From sequence record SRR22947725_333: a stretch of DNA of 64,000 nucleotides. One strand, 5' to 3'. A model generated the notes under the pieces. The model did no database searches. It was not told the DNA's origin and was given only the letters and a program-made list of their open reading frames with translations. Below are positions 38,029-47,529 of this stretch, one piece after another. A program made the translations under genes and the position numbers. Within the stretch, counting starts at the first letter, position 1; each line of letters starts with the position of its first letter.

Positions 38029-38703
38029 GTGGCTGTAAAGATCCGCCTAAAGCGCATTGGTAAGAAGCGCAACCCCCACTACCGCATCGTGGTAGCAGAT
38101 TCAAAAACACACCGTGACGGAAGAGTCATCGAGGAGATTGGTCGCTACGTACCAACCACCGACCCTTCAATCATTGAGGTCAACTCTGAGCGCGCTCAGT
38201 ACTGGCTATCCGTTGGCGCTCAGCCAACCGAGCCAGCTGCAGTAATTCTCAAGCTGACCGGTGATGTTGCCAACGAAAAGGGTGAGAAGAAGAACACCGT
38301 CAAGCCCCAGGCTACAAAAGAGACTTTCGCAGCGGACAGCAAGAAGAAGTCCGTAATCCTTCCAAAGGAAGAGAAGAAGTCAGAGCCTGTAAAGGAAGAG
38401 ACTCCAGTCGCAGAAGCTCCAGCCGAAGCTCCAGTGGCCGAAGAGGCTGCGGTAGCTGAGGAAACTTCAGCGGAGGCCCCAGCAGGGCCAGCAGCCGAGG
38501 CCACCGAGGCTCCTGCCGCAGAGGCAACTGCAGAGGCGCCTGTGGAAGAGACTCCAGCAGAGCCAGTAGCAGAAGCGCCAGCAGAAGAGGCCCCTGCGGC
38601 TGAGGTTGCAGAGGAAGCTCCTGCCGAGGCACCTGCAAGTGAGGAAGCTCCAGCTGAAGAGGCACCTGCCGCAGAGGCAGCTGAAGAGCCAAAGAGCGAG
38701 TAA
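38029..38703 (+). CDS. rpsP: 30S ribosomal protein S16 with long acidic Ala/Glu/Pro tail
   Basis: [25 protein letters not shown]...[10 protein letters not shown]. Confidence 0.97.
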   Translation: MAVKIRLKRIGKKRNPHYRIVVADSKTHRDGRVIEEIGRYVPTTDPSIIEVNSERAQYWLSVGAQPTEPAAVILKLTGDVANEKGEKKNTVKPQATKETFAADSKKKSVILPKEEKKSEPVKEETPVAEAPAEAPVAEEAAVAEETSAEAPAGPAAEATEAPAAEATAEAPVEETPAEPVAEAPAEEAPAAEVAEEAPAEAPASEEAPAEEAPAAEAAEEPKSE

Positions 38704-38705
38704 TT

Positions 38706-38942
38706 ATGTTGCAGGCGACCCTCCAGCACCTTGTGCGAGCAATTGTCGACAATCCTGAGGATGCGACCGTTGAGCTTCGCACTATCGCGAAAAGCGAGTT
38801 GCTGGAGGTTCGTGTGCACCCAGATGACCTCGGTAGGGTCATCGGCAAAGGTGGCAGAACTGCCACCGCGCTAAGGACGATCATCAACGCCCTTGCCGGC
38901 GGCAAGCGCATTCGTGTAGACGTGGTGGATACCGATTACTAG
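38706..38942 (+). CDS. khpA: KH-domain RNA-binding protein
   Basis: VHPDDLGRVIGKGGRTATALR; usual position between rpsP and rimM. Confidence 0.92.
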   Translation: MLQATLQHLVRAIVDNPEDATVELRTIAKSELLEVRVHPDDLGRVIGKGGRTATALRTIINALAGGKRIRVDVVDTDY

Positions 38943-39486
38943 CACCACCAAGCTTCGGGTAGGCCGCCTGCTCAAAGCGCACGGCCTCAAGGGCGCAATC
39001 AAGCTGGAGCTTTACACCGACTCCCCAAACGAACGCTTCACCCCAGGAACAGTTCTAGAGCTGCAGGTTCCTGAGGACTCGCCCTGGCATGGGAAAACAG
39101 TCAAGGTAACCGAACTTCGTTGGTATAACACCATGCCTGTGCTGTTCTTGGATGGCATCAACGACCGCAACCAGGCCGAGAGTCTTATCCGTGCAATTCT
39201 GCTTGTTGAGGCAGATCTTGATGCCAGCCCACCTGAGCCTGAGGCCTGGTATGACCACCAGCTGGTTGGCCTAAAGGTTCACAGAGACGATGCAGAAATT
39301 GGCGAAATCGTGCGAGTTGACCACCTTCCAGCCCAGGATCTCCTTGCCATCAAGACGGAGTCTGGCGAGGTGCTGCTGCCATTTGTGAAGGCTTTTGTGC
39401 CAGAGGTTGATGTCCAAGCAGGCAAGGTAACCATTACTCCTCCTGGAGGCCTTTTTGAAGAGTTAGCTGAGCCAAATGAAGATTGA
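38935..39486 (+). CDS. rimM: Ribosome maturation factor RimM (non-canonical start, probably ATT at 38935)
   Basis: Frame open from 38920 encodes [24 protein letters not shown] (RimM N-terminus) upstream of the track ORF 39133-39486, which has the PRC-barrel part WYDHQLVGL...LLPFV...PPGGL. Confidence 0.9.
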   Translation: MTSTTKLRVGRLLKAHGLKGAIKLELYTDSPNERFTPGTVLELQVPEDSPWHGKTVKVTELRWYNTMPVLFLDGINDRNQAESLIRAILLVEADLDASPPEPEAWYDHQLVGLKVHRDDAEIGEIVRVDHLPAQDLLAIKTESGEVLLPFVKAFVPEVDVQAGKVTITPPGGLFEELAEPNED

Positions 39487-40159
39487 CGCAATCAGCATTT
39501 TCCCCGAGTTCTTTGATGTTTTGGAGATCTCGCTTTTGGGCAAGGCCCAGGAAGCTGGGCTGATCTCGTTTGAGGCTCACAACCTGAGAGACTTCACTCA
39601 CGATAGGCACAAGACCGTGGACGACACCCCCTATGGCGGGGGAGCGGGCATGCTCATGAAGCCAGAGCCCTGGGGAGAGGCTTTTGACCAAATAATTGGC
39701 CAAGACCGTCCAGTTGTCATCTTCACCTCTCCTGCTGGAAAACCCTTCAATCAGGAGCTAGCCGGCGAGCTCTCCCAAAGAGAGCACCTGGTTTTTGCTT
39801 GCGGCAGATACGAGGGCATCGACCAGCGAGTGGTTGACTACGCGGGCACCATTGCACAAGTTCATGAGATTTCTATTGGCGACTATGTGCTAAACGGCGG
39901 CGAGGTTGCCGCTGTTGCCATGATCGAGGCCATTGCCAGACTGATTCCAGGGGTGATTGGAAACAACGAGTCGCTCGCCGAAGAATCCCACAACGAGGGT
40001 CTTTTGGAGGCCCCCAGCTACACCAAGCCACAAAGTTGGCGTGGCCTGGAGGTTCCGGAGATGCTGCTTTCCGGACACCATGCGGAAATCGAGAAATGGC
40101 GTAAGGCTCAGTCGCTTGAGCGCACCAAACAGAACCGGCCAGATTTACTCGATAAGTAG
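39476..40159 (+). CDS. trmD: tRNA (guanine-N1)-methyltransferase
   Basis: [33 protein letters not shown]. Confidence 0.98.
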   Translation: MKIDAISIFPEFFDVLEISLLGKAQEAGLISFEAHNLRDFTHDRHKTVDDTPYGGGAGMLMKPEPWGEAFDQIIGQDRPVVIFTSPAGKPFNQELAGELSQREHLVFACGRYEGIDQRVVDYAGTIAQVHEISIGDYVLNGGEVAAVAMIEAIARLIPGVIGNNESLAEESHNEGLLEAPSYTKPQSWRGLEVPEMLLSGHHAEIEKWRKAQSLERTKQNRPDLLDK

Positions 40160-40288
40160 TTGCTGTTAGGCCTTTACTGTGGCAGAATTTGACGCTGTGC
40201 CCAGAGGCTCTGCCGCAGGGGAGCAAAGAGCACAAAATTAGAAACTATTTAGCCATTTAGACCTGCGCGCTAAAGGAAAGAGCAGAAA
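40160..40288 (+). promoter_or_regulatory. rplS promoter and structured leader with complementary loops
   Basis: TTGCTG-17 nt-CAGAAT with extended TG; hairpins at 40196-40234 and 40256-40274 whose loops carry CGCAGG and CCTGCG. Confidence 0.65.
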
Positions 40289-40639
40289 ATGCACATTCTC
40301 GACTCAGTTGATGCCAAGAGCCTCAGGAGCGACATCCCAGACTTCCGTGCCGGAGATAACGTCAAGGTTCACGTAAACATCGTTGAGGGTAACCGCAGCC
40401 GTGTCCAGGTCTTCCAGGGAGTCGTAATCTCCCGCAGCGGCCACGGAGTTCGCGAGACTTTCACCGTTCGCAAGGTCTCTTTCCAGGTCGGCGTTGAGCG
40501 TACCTTCCCAGTACACAGCCCAGTTCTCGAGAAGATCGAACTGGTTTCCAAGGGAGACGTTCGCAGGGCAAAGCTCTACTACCTTCGCAACCTTCGCGGC
40601 AAGGCTGCCAAGATTCGCGAGAAGCGAGAGAACGCCTAA
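40289..40639 (+). CDS. rplS: 50S ribosomal protein L19
   Basis: [38 protein letters not shown]. Confidence 0.98.
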   Translation: MHILDSVDAKSLRSDIPDFRAGDNVKVHVNIVEGNRSRVQVFQGVVISRSGHGVRETFTVRKVSFQVGVERTFPVHSPVLEKIELVSKGDVRRAKLYYLRNLRGKAAKIREKRENA

Positions 40640-40653
40640 CTAAACTAGGCGTT

Positions 40654-41403
40654 ATGTCGTTTTCCGGGAGTCGCAGACCCCGCAGTAATTCCCTTTCAGC
40701 CCGTTGGCGCAGGTCATTTAGGCGCGCCCGGAAAAACGCCTTTCTCAGCTTCCTGATTGACTTCACTGTCATTGTGGGAACTGCGCTTGTGCTCTCGGTT
40801 GTCATCAAAGCTTTTCTCATTCGCAGCTTTTTCATCCCATCAGGTTCGATGCTCGACACCCTCGAGATCAACGACCGAATCATTGTCAATGTCCTAGCCC
40901 CAGAGGTAATGCCACTAGAGCGCGGGGACGTTGCGGTGTTCAGAGACCCAGGTGGTTGGCTGGGCGCTATCCCGACCCAAGAAAAGGACACCCTGACTGA
41001 GATCACGGACTTTGTTCTTGGCACCTTTGGAATAACAGCCCCCGACTCCGCCGAGCACCTTGTGAAGCGAGTAATCGGGCTGCCCGGTGACAGGGTGGTC
41101 TGCTGTGATGCGGATGGAAGGCTGACCATCAATGGTGTTGCAATCGATGAGCCCTACGTCCGCGGAGACGCCGCTCCCTCAGAAGTCGAATTTGATGTCA
41201 CGGTTCCTGAGGATCACTACTGGGTGATGGGAGATAATCGTCCAAACTCCACAGACTCTAGGTATCACCAAGATCTCCCCACAAAAGGCTTCGTACCAGT
41301 CGAGGTAGTGGTTGGCAGGGCGTTTGTGGTGAGCTGGCCAGTAGAGAACTGGGAGTTTTTGACCAACTATCCAGAGACCTTCGGTGACGTTCCCAAGCCT
41401 TGA
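40654..41403 (+). CDS. lepB: Signal peptidase I
   Basis: TM then IPSGSM (catalytic Ser), LVKRVIGLPGD, MGDNRPNSTDSR. Confidence 0.95.
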   Translation: MSFSGSRRPRSNSLSARWRRSFRRARKNAFLSFLIDFTVIVGTALVLSVVIKAFLIRSFFIPSGSMLDTLEINDRIIVNVLAPEVMPLERGDVAVFRDPGGWLGAIPTQEKDTLTEITDFVLGTFGITAPDSAEHLVKRVIGLPGDRVVCCDADGRLTINGVAIDEPYVRGDAAPSEVEFDVTVPEDHYWVMGDNRPNSTDSRYHQDLPTKGFVPVEVVVGRAFVVSWPVENWEFLTNYPETFGDVPKP

Positions 41404-42016
41404 CCTCGAGAAAGAGCTGCTAGAAAGCTTTGATGCTGTTATTGGCATAGACGAGGTTGGTCGCGGAGCACTTGCAGGACCGGTTGGGGTGGGGGCCTTC
41501 TTACTTACCCGAGAAATGCTCGAGTCGTTGCCGGCATCAATCCGCGACTCCAAATTGATTGCGGAGAAAAAGCGCGCAGAGGTTGCCGAAGCGGTTATGG
41601 CTTGGGGCGAATCCTGCGTTGGGCTCTGTCCCGTCAGCACAATTGAAGAAAAGGGCATCTCCTTCGCGCTCAAGATGGCCGCCCTCGAAGCCATCGAGAA
41701 CCTAAGCCCCCAAAACGTCGTGGTCTTGCTTGATGGCTCTCACAACTGGCTGGGGGAGATTGGCGTAAAAGTTGTTGTCCAGACCAAGGCCGACAGGGAC
41801 TGCGGAAGCGTTGCGGCAGCATCTGTCGTGGCAAAGGTGAAGCGTGATTCCCTAATGGCGGAGCTCTCTAAGGACTTTCCAGATTATGGCTGGGACTCCA
41901 ATAAGGGCTATAGCTCCAATTCACACATCGAGGCCATCCAGCGGCTTGGCCCAACAAAGCATCACCGAACCAGTTGGCTAGAAAAAATCCTCACTAAGGA
42001 CCTAGGCCTATTTTAG
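41384..42016 (+). CDS. rnhB: Ribonuclease HII
   Basis: GIDEVGRGALAGP, RDSK, LLDG, AAASVVAKV.RD, NKGY, HRTSW. Confidence 0.96.
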   Translation: MTFPSLDLEKELLESFDAVIGIDEVGRGALAGPVGVGAFLLTREMLESLPASIRDSKLIAEKKRAEVAEAVMAWGESCVGLCPVSTIEEKGISFALKMAALEAIENLSPQNVVVLLDGSHNWLGEIGVKVVVQTKADRDCGSVAAASVVAKVKRDSLMAELSKDFPDYGWDSNKGYSSNSHIEAIQRLGPTKHHRTSWLEKILTKDLGLF

Positions 42017-44109
42017 CTGCGCTCGAGCGCCTCGGCCTGTAGCTGAGCAAGCTTGGCAACAAGGCGCTCCTCAAGACCTTTTGAGATTAGCGACTGAGCA
42101 ATATCTCGAGCCCGTTTGATGAGCTCTGCGTCCTTGGTCACTTTTAGGAGCTTCAGCTGGCTTCTGCGACCTGACTGGTTATCGCCTAGGACATCTCCCT
42201 CACCTCGGAGCTCTAGGTCTAGCTCGCTTAGCTTGAAGCCATCCAGTGTCCCAGCCAGGGCCTCGAGCCGCTGGCTTGCAAGGGTCCCAGCCTCGGTGGA
42301 GGAAACCAGCAGGCAGATGCCTTTGTGTGAGCCTCGGCCGACCCTGCCCCTAAGTTGGTGCAGCTGCGAAATTCCGAACCGATCGGCATCAAGGATCACC
42401 ATTGCGGTGGCATTTGGAACGTTTACGCCAACCTCAATGACGGTTGTCGAGACCAAAACATCTAGCTCACCCGCGGAGAACGCCTCCATGACTGAGGACT
42501 TTTCCTCGCTCGGCAGCTGCCCATGCAGCAGCCCGATGCTTCGACCTGCCAGGCTCGGGTTTCTCTTCAAGCTCTCAAAGACCTCTTCGGCCGCAGCCGG
42601 TGGGGTCTCGGATTCTCCCTCGATGCTGCCGTCATACTCGCTCCCGACAATTCGAGGACAGACGACAAATGCCTGCCTGCCCGCTGCAAGTTCCTCGGAG
42701 ACTCTCGCCCAAACCCTCGATACAAGTGCTGGCTGGCCGACGGGAACCACAAACGTCTCTATCTCCTGCCTACCTGCAGGCAGCTCAGTGAGGGTTGAGA
42801 TGTCTAGATCTCCAAATGTGGTGATGGCCACGGTCCTGGGGATTGGGGTTGCGGTCATTGTCAAGACGTGTGGTGGCTGCTTCGCCTTTGCCCTAAGTAG
42901 TTCTCTTTGGCCAACCCCAAACCTGTGCTGCTCGTCGATGATGACAAGGCCAAGGTCAGCAAAACTAACTTTCTCGGCAATCAGAGCATGCGTCCCGATG
43001 GCCAAAAGGCACTTTCCACTTGCAATATCTAGCATCGCGCGCTTGCGCTCTGGAGCTGCGAGCGAGCCCTTTAGTAGCCTTACTCCCAGTTGCCTGGTGA
43101 GATCTGGGCCTAGGGTCTTGATGGTGGAGTTGAAGTGCTGCTCGGCAAGAACCTCTGTAGGGGCTAAAAGCGCGGACTGGTGACCCTCTGAGGCCGCATG
43201 TAGCACCGTCCTGAGAGCCACGACCGTCTTTCCTGATCCGACCTCGCCCTGTAGGAGCCTGTGCATGGGGTGACCGGCTGATAAATCGCCTGCAATTTCA
43301 GAAATTACCTGCTGCTGACCCTCGGTGTAGTCAAAGTCGAGTTGCTTGTCAAACTGCAGCGCAAGCTGTGATTCACCAAGGACCAAGGCGGCATCTGTCT
43401 CTTTTGCGGCCCTGGATTGCAAGAGAGCCAACTGCAGCAAGAGCGCCTCGTGATATTTCAGGCTCTTTCTTGCTGCGAGAAAATCGCTATCGCGCTGAGG
43501 TAGGTGAATCTTGGTTATTGCTTCAGTGAGCGAGATTAGTTTGTCCTTGGCAAGAAGAGCCGGGTCCAATAGCTCCTCGACGGTGGAAGATTCCAGAGTC
43601 AGTGCCACCGCCTTTTGAATCTTCCAGCTCGGTATAGTTCCGCTCGCCGGGTAGATCGGGATCGGCAGCTCGGCCCATGCCTTTGCCTGCTCCTCATCGG
43701 TCTCTTCAAAAAGTTCGTAATCGGGGTGCGTGAGCTGCAGCTTCCCTGAGAACATCCCCACTTTGCCCGAGAAAAAGCCCCTCATGCCCTCCTTGAGCTG
43801 GTCCTTGCGCCAGGCCTGATTGAAAAAGGCCAGGGTCATCAGCGAGCTCCCGTCAGTAATCACGACCTCGAGAATGCTGCCGGCTCGTCCCTTCGTGAAT
43901 CGGGAGGAGACTTTAACCACCTCACCTACGACTGTGGCAACCTCGCCAACCGGAAGGGCGGAGATGTCGGTTAGCTGACCACGCTTTGCATAGCGTCTGG
44001 GGTAGTGCTCCAGGAGCTCGCCTTCGAAGTTCAAACCCAGGTGACGCGCAAACGACTTTGCGGTGCGATCTCCAAGGAGCTCACTGAGTTTTCTTCCCTT
44101 ATCCAGCAC
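42013..44109 (-). CDS. recG: ATP-dependent DNA helicase RecG
   Basis: LQGEVGSGKT, DEQHRFG, MTATPIPRT, QLHQLRGRVGRG; start moved from 44154 to in-frame GTG 44109, 6 nt after CAAGAT. Confidence 0.95.
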   Translation of the reverse strand: MLDKGRKLSELLGDRTAKSFARHLGLNFEGELLEHYPRRYAKRGQLTDISALPVGEVATVVGEVVKVSSRFTKGRAGSILEVVITDGSSLMTLAFFNQAWRKDQLKEGMRGFFSGKVGMFSGKLQLTHPDYELFEETDEEQAKAWAELPIPIYPASGTIPSWKIQKAVALTLESSTVEELLDPALLAKDKLISLTEAITKIHLPQRDSDFLAARKSLKYHEALLLQLALLQSRAAKETDAALVLGESQLALQFDKQLDFDYTEGQQQVISEIAGDLSAGHPMHRLLQGEVGSGKTVVALRTVLHAASEGHQSALLAPTEVLAEQHFNSTIKTLGPDLTRQLGVRLLKGSLAAPERKRAMLDIASGKCLLAIGTHALIAEKVSFADLGLVIIDEQHRFGVGQRELLRAKAKQPPHVLTMTATPIPRTVAITTFGDLDISTLTELPAGRQEIETFVVPVGQPALVSRVWARVSEELAAGRQAFVVCPRIVGSEYDGSIEGESETPPAAAEEVFESLKRNPSLAGRSIGLLHGQLPSEEKSSVMEAFSAGELDVLVSTTVIEVGVNVPNATAMVILDADRFGISQLHQLRGRVGRGSHKGICLLVSSTEAGTLASQRLEALAGTLDGFKLSELDLELRGEGDVLGDNQSGRRSQLKLLKVTKDAELIKRARDIAQSLISKGLEERLVAKLAQLQAEALERS

Positions 44110-44157
44110 AACACCATCTTGGAGCCTTGGCCCTAAGTATTTGGCTAGGCTCACCTT

Positions 44158-44727
44158 GTGAGCAGGATTATCAGCGGTTTAGCGGGCTCAATCAGGCTTG
44201 CGTCGGCTCCTGCCGGCACCAGACCTACCTCTGATCGAGTCAAGGAAAGCGTCTTTGCGTCTTTGGAGGCTGCCGGAGCAATTGAAAATGCTGACGTGCT
44301 GGATTTGTTTGCGGGGACCGGAGCACTGGGTCTTGAGGCGCTATCTCGGGGAGCAAAGAGCCTTGTTGCGATTGAGTCAGCCAGAGCTGCGCTCAATGTC
44401 TGCCTAAAAAACTCGGCAAGCGTTGGAACAGCACTCTCGGCCGCCGGAGCAAGACCTCCCATGGAGATAAAGCTCTCGGACGCAGTTTCCTATCTAGCTT
44501 CAACCATCAAAGAATTTGACCTGGTTTTCGCAGACCCTCCCTATGACCTCGATGTGGCGGGGAAGCTTTTGGAGCGAGTTGGTGCCGTCTTGCGACCAAA
44601 TGGGCTATTCGTGTTGGAACTTTCGAGCAAGACAGAGAACCCAGCACTAGTTGAGGGAATTGAGCTTTCGAGCGAGAAGGCCTATGGCGATACCAAGGTC
44701 TTGATTTTTAGACTGACCGCTCAGTAG
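44158..44727 (+). CDS. rsmD: 16S rRNA m2G966 methyltransferase
   Basis: TRPTSDRVKES, LDLFAGTGALGLEALSRGA, DPPY, YGDT. Confidence 0.95.
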   Translation: MSRIISGLAGSIRLASAPAGTRPTSDRVKESVFASLEAAGAIENADVLDLFAGTGALGLEALSRGAKSLVAIESARAALNVCLKNSASVGTALSAAGARPPMEIKLSDAVSYLASTIKEFDLVFADPPYDLDVAGKLLERVGAVLRPNGLFVLELSSKTENPALVEGIELSSEKAYGDTKVLIFRLTAQ

Positions 44728-45988
44728 CTCCAATGTAAACCTGCTGGGGGCGACCGATTCTGGTGCTGTCATCGGCCATCATTTCCCGCCAGTGAGCAAT
44801 CCATCCCGGGAGTCTTCCGATTGCAAACATCGGGGTGAACATCTTTGGTGTGAAGCCCATGGCTTTGTAGATGACGCCGGTGTAGAAATCTACGTTCGGG
44901 TAGAGCTTGCGCTCTGCGAAGTAGTCATCCTTGAGAGCTGCTGCCTCAAGCTGCTTTGCGATATCTAGCAGTGGATCGTCAATTCCCAGCTCATCGAGAA
45001 CCTGGTCGGCTGTTGCCTTGACAATCTTGGCCCTGGGGTCAAATGACTTGTAGACGCGGTGTCCAAAGCCCATGAGCCTGATGCCGTCCTCTTTGTTCTT
45101 AACCCGCTCGACGTACTTTTCTACCGATTCGCCTGAGTCTTGAATGAACTCGAGCATCTCCAGAACTGCCTCGTTTGCGCCTCCGTGCAGTGGGCCAAAG
45201 AGGGCGTTTACTCCGGCGGATACCGATGCGAAAAGGTTTGCGTTTGAAGAGCCAACCAGCCTCACGGTCGAGGTGCTGCAGTTCTGCTCGTGGTCTGCGT
45301 GCAGAAGCAAGAGTGTGTCGAGCGCCTTTGTGACAATCGGGTTCTGGGTGTACTGCTCCGCCCTTGTTCCAAAGGTCATCATGAGGAAGTTTTCAACCAT
45401 CGACAGGGAGTTGTCCGGATACATCAGCGCCTGACCAACTGAGGTTTTGTGAGCGTAGGCGGCAATTACCGGCATCTTGGCAAGCAACCGGATGGTTGAG
45501 ATTTCTACCTGCTCGGGGTCCTTTGGGTCTAGCGAGTCGGGGTAGAAGGTACTAAGTGCCGAAACGGCTGCGGAGATAATCGCCATAGGGTGAGCGCTCG
45601 GTGGAAACGCCCGGAAAAAGTCCTTGAGGTTCTCGTGAAGCAGGGTGTGCATGCGAATTGTGTCATCGAACTTCGCAAGCTCCTTCTGGTTTGGTAGCTC
45701 TCCGTAGACAAGTAGGTGAGAAACATCGAGAAACGTCTTCTTCTCAGCTAGCTGCTCAATCGGATAGCCGCGGTAGCGCAGAATGCCTGCCTCGCCGTCG
45801 ATGTAGGTGATTGCGGAGGTGGTTGAGGAGGTGTTCACAAAGCCCTGGTCGTAGGTGCTCATGCCGGTCGTGGCCATTAGGCCCTTGATATCAATACCGC
45901 TGGCACCATCAGTTGCTTTTACAACTGGAAGCTCTGCTTCCTTTTCGCCAACTCTGATTACTACCTTTTGGGTTTCAGCAGAAGTCAA
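44708..45988 (-). CDS. gltA: Citrate synthase
   Basis: YIDGEAGILRYRGY, HADHEQNCST, GPLHGGANE, MGFGHRVYK, PNVDFY. Confidence 0.98.
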   Translation of the reverse strand: MTSAETQKVVIRVGEKEAELPVVKATDGASGIDIKGLMATTGMSTYDQGFVNTSSTTSAITYIDGEAGILRYRGYPIEQLAEKKTFLDVSHLLVYGELPNQKELAKFDDTIRMHTLLHENLKDFFRAFPPSAHPMAIISAAVSALSTFYPDSLDPKDPEQVEISTIRLLAKMPVIAAYAHKTSVGQALMYPDNSLSMVENFLMMTFGTRAEQYTQNPIVTKALDTLLLLHADHEQNCSTSTVRLVGSSNANLFASVSAGVNALFGPLHGGANEAVLEMLEFIQDSGESVEKYVERVKNKEDGIRLMGFGHRVYKSFDPRAKIVKATADQVLDELGIDDPLLDIAKQLEAAALKDDYFAERKLYPNVDFYTGVIYKAMGFTPKMFTPMFAIGRLPGWIAHWREMMADDSTRIGRPQQVYIGATERSV

Positions 45989-46113
45989 AACGCAATCCCT
46001 CTCTTTGTTTTCAATAGCCTAAAGCACCATTGGCCCCTGCAAAAACCCAAGTATTTCACTTGTGAGTAGAGAAGAATTTTCTTGCGAGGAACTGGGCTTA
46101 GACTGAAAGAGAA

Positions 46114-46443
46114 ATGGACGAGAACGACTTCGAAGATTACGACCGCGATGCAGAGCTAAGCCTCTATCGCGAGTATCGCGATGTAGTCAAAATGTTTCGC
46201 TACGTGGTTGAGACAGAGCGCCGCTTCTATCTGTGCAACGATGTCGAACTCAAGCGCATTGACACCGCCACCGACTTTTACTTCGAACTCAACATGCAGG
46301 ACGTATGGGTCTGGGATATCTACCGCACAGACCGCTTCGTAAAGCAGGTCAAGGTTATGACGTTCAAGGACGTCAACGTCGAGGAGATCGGAAGCCAGGA
46401 GCTCGAGATACCGGAAGAATTAGCAGTCGGCGATCAGCCCTAG
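46114..46443 (+). CDS. DUF2469-family protein
   Basis: ELSLYREYRDVV..F.YVVETERRFYL...DVWVWDIYR, conserved actinobacterial protein. Confidence 0.88.
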   Translation: MDENDFEDYDRDAELSLYREYRDVVKMFRYVVETERRFYLCNDVELKRIDTATDFYFELNMQDVWVWDIYRTDRFVKQVKVMTFKDVNVEEIGSQELEIPEELAVGDQP

Positions 46444-46515
46444 TTCTCCACAGCCTCGGCTAACACCTCCCTATAGCTCTCAAAACTGCTGCACCATGCC
46501 TCCCAGGAGGAACTC

Positions 46516-47529
46516 ATGCAGCTCACGAAAGACCAAGAACTCACAGTCCTGTGGTCCATGCTCCACGAACCAGGCGATGGACTTGCAAGAGAGATATTCG
46601 ATAGCCGCGGTCCGAAGGCCATTGAGGACTTTAGAACCCAAAGGGCCAGCAGGCTCTGGCCAGAGTGTGTGGGTGAGGAGTACCGAGCCCATATCCCAGA
46701 GCTGCTAGAGCGAATCGAGCTGCGGCTTTCGAAAATCAACCTCATTGAGCGCATCGAGCGTGGCATCCGCTGGAACGCAAGGATTTACTTCGAAGATTCC
46801 GATTCCGAGCTATTTGAAAAACTTCGTGATCTTGGCCCCCACAGGCCCTATCTGCTTTGGATCGCAGGCGATGCCGGCATCCTGGCCAAGGAAACTGTTT
46901 CGATTGTTGGAACGAGAAACCCGTCAGCCACCGGACTCGCAAATGCCAAAAGACTCTTAGCTGAGCTGGCGAGCCCGGTGATCTCAGGAGGGGCTGTTGG
47001 CATAGACGCCCAAGTTCACAAATCTGCCATCGACAGAGGTCTTAAGACCGCAGCCTTCATGGCAGGTGGTGTCGACAAGGCCTACCCCCAGGCGAACTGG
47101 GAGCTCTTTCACGAATTGGTTCAGCGAGGAGGGGCACTAATCAGCGAAGCCTCTCCGGGGACAACCCCTTCGCGTTTTCGCTTTCTGCAGCGCAATCGGC
47201 TTATTGCAGCTGCCAGTAGCGCTACCTACATTGTTGAGGCCGGCTATCGCTCCGGAACCCGAAATACCGCTAATCATGCAAGGGTCATCGGCAGGGAAGT
47301 CTTGGCTGTGCCTGGTCCTTGGGCCTTTGCACCTGCCAGGGGAGCAAACGCCATGATTGCTGAAGGTCTCGCTCGCCCCTATCCACTTACCAACTTTCCC
47401 GTCGAGCTGAGCATGAACCAAAAGCGGATTCAGGACGCGATGCGAGCGGGAGCAAGATTTCCAGATGAGATTGCGGCGGAATCTGGGCTTAGCCTGGCAA
47501 GCGTTCTAGAGGAACTAAAGCCCGCCTAG
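46516..47529 (+). CDS. dprA: DNA-processing protein DprA
   Basis: SIVGTR, ISGGAVGID, RFLQRNRLIAA, VEAGYRSGT, AVPG. Confidence 0.93.
   Translation: MQLTKDQELTVLWSMLHEPGDGLAREIFDSRGPKAIEDFRTQRASRLWPECVGEEYRAHIPELLERIELRLSKINLIERIERGIRWNARIYFEDSDSELFEKLRDLGPHRPYLLWIAGDAGILAKETVSIVGTRNPSATGLANAKRLLAELASPVISGGAVGIDAQVHKSAIDRGLKTAAFMAGGVDKAYPQANWELFHELVQRGGALISEASPGTTPSRFRFLQRNRLIAAASSATYIVEAGYRSGTRNTANHARVIGREVLAVPGPWAFAPARGANAMIAEGLARPYPLTNFPVELSMNQKRIQDAMRAGARFPDEIAAESGLSLASVLEELKPA

Noticed and set aside
38220-38911. Two 199-aa minus-strand ORFs
   Set aside because: Shadows of the low-complexity S16 tail
39133-39486. rimM as a 117-aa truncated gene or pseudogene
   Set aside because: The N-terminal domain is intact and in frame upstream; only a canonical start codon is missing
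42116-43183. 355-aa plus-strand ORF
   Set aside because: Ser-rich antisense shadow of recG with no motifs
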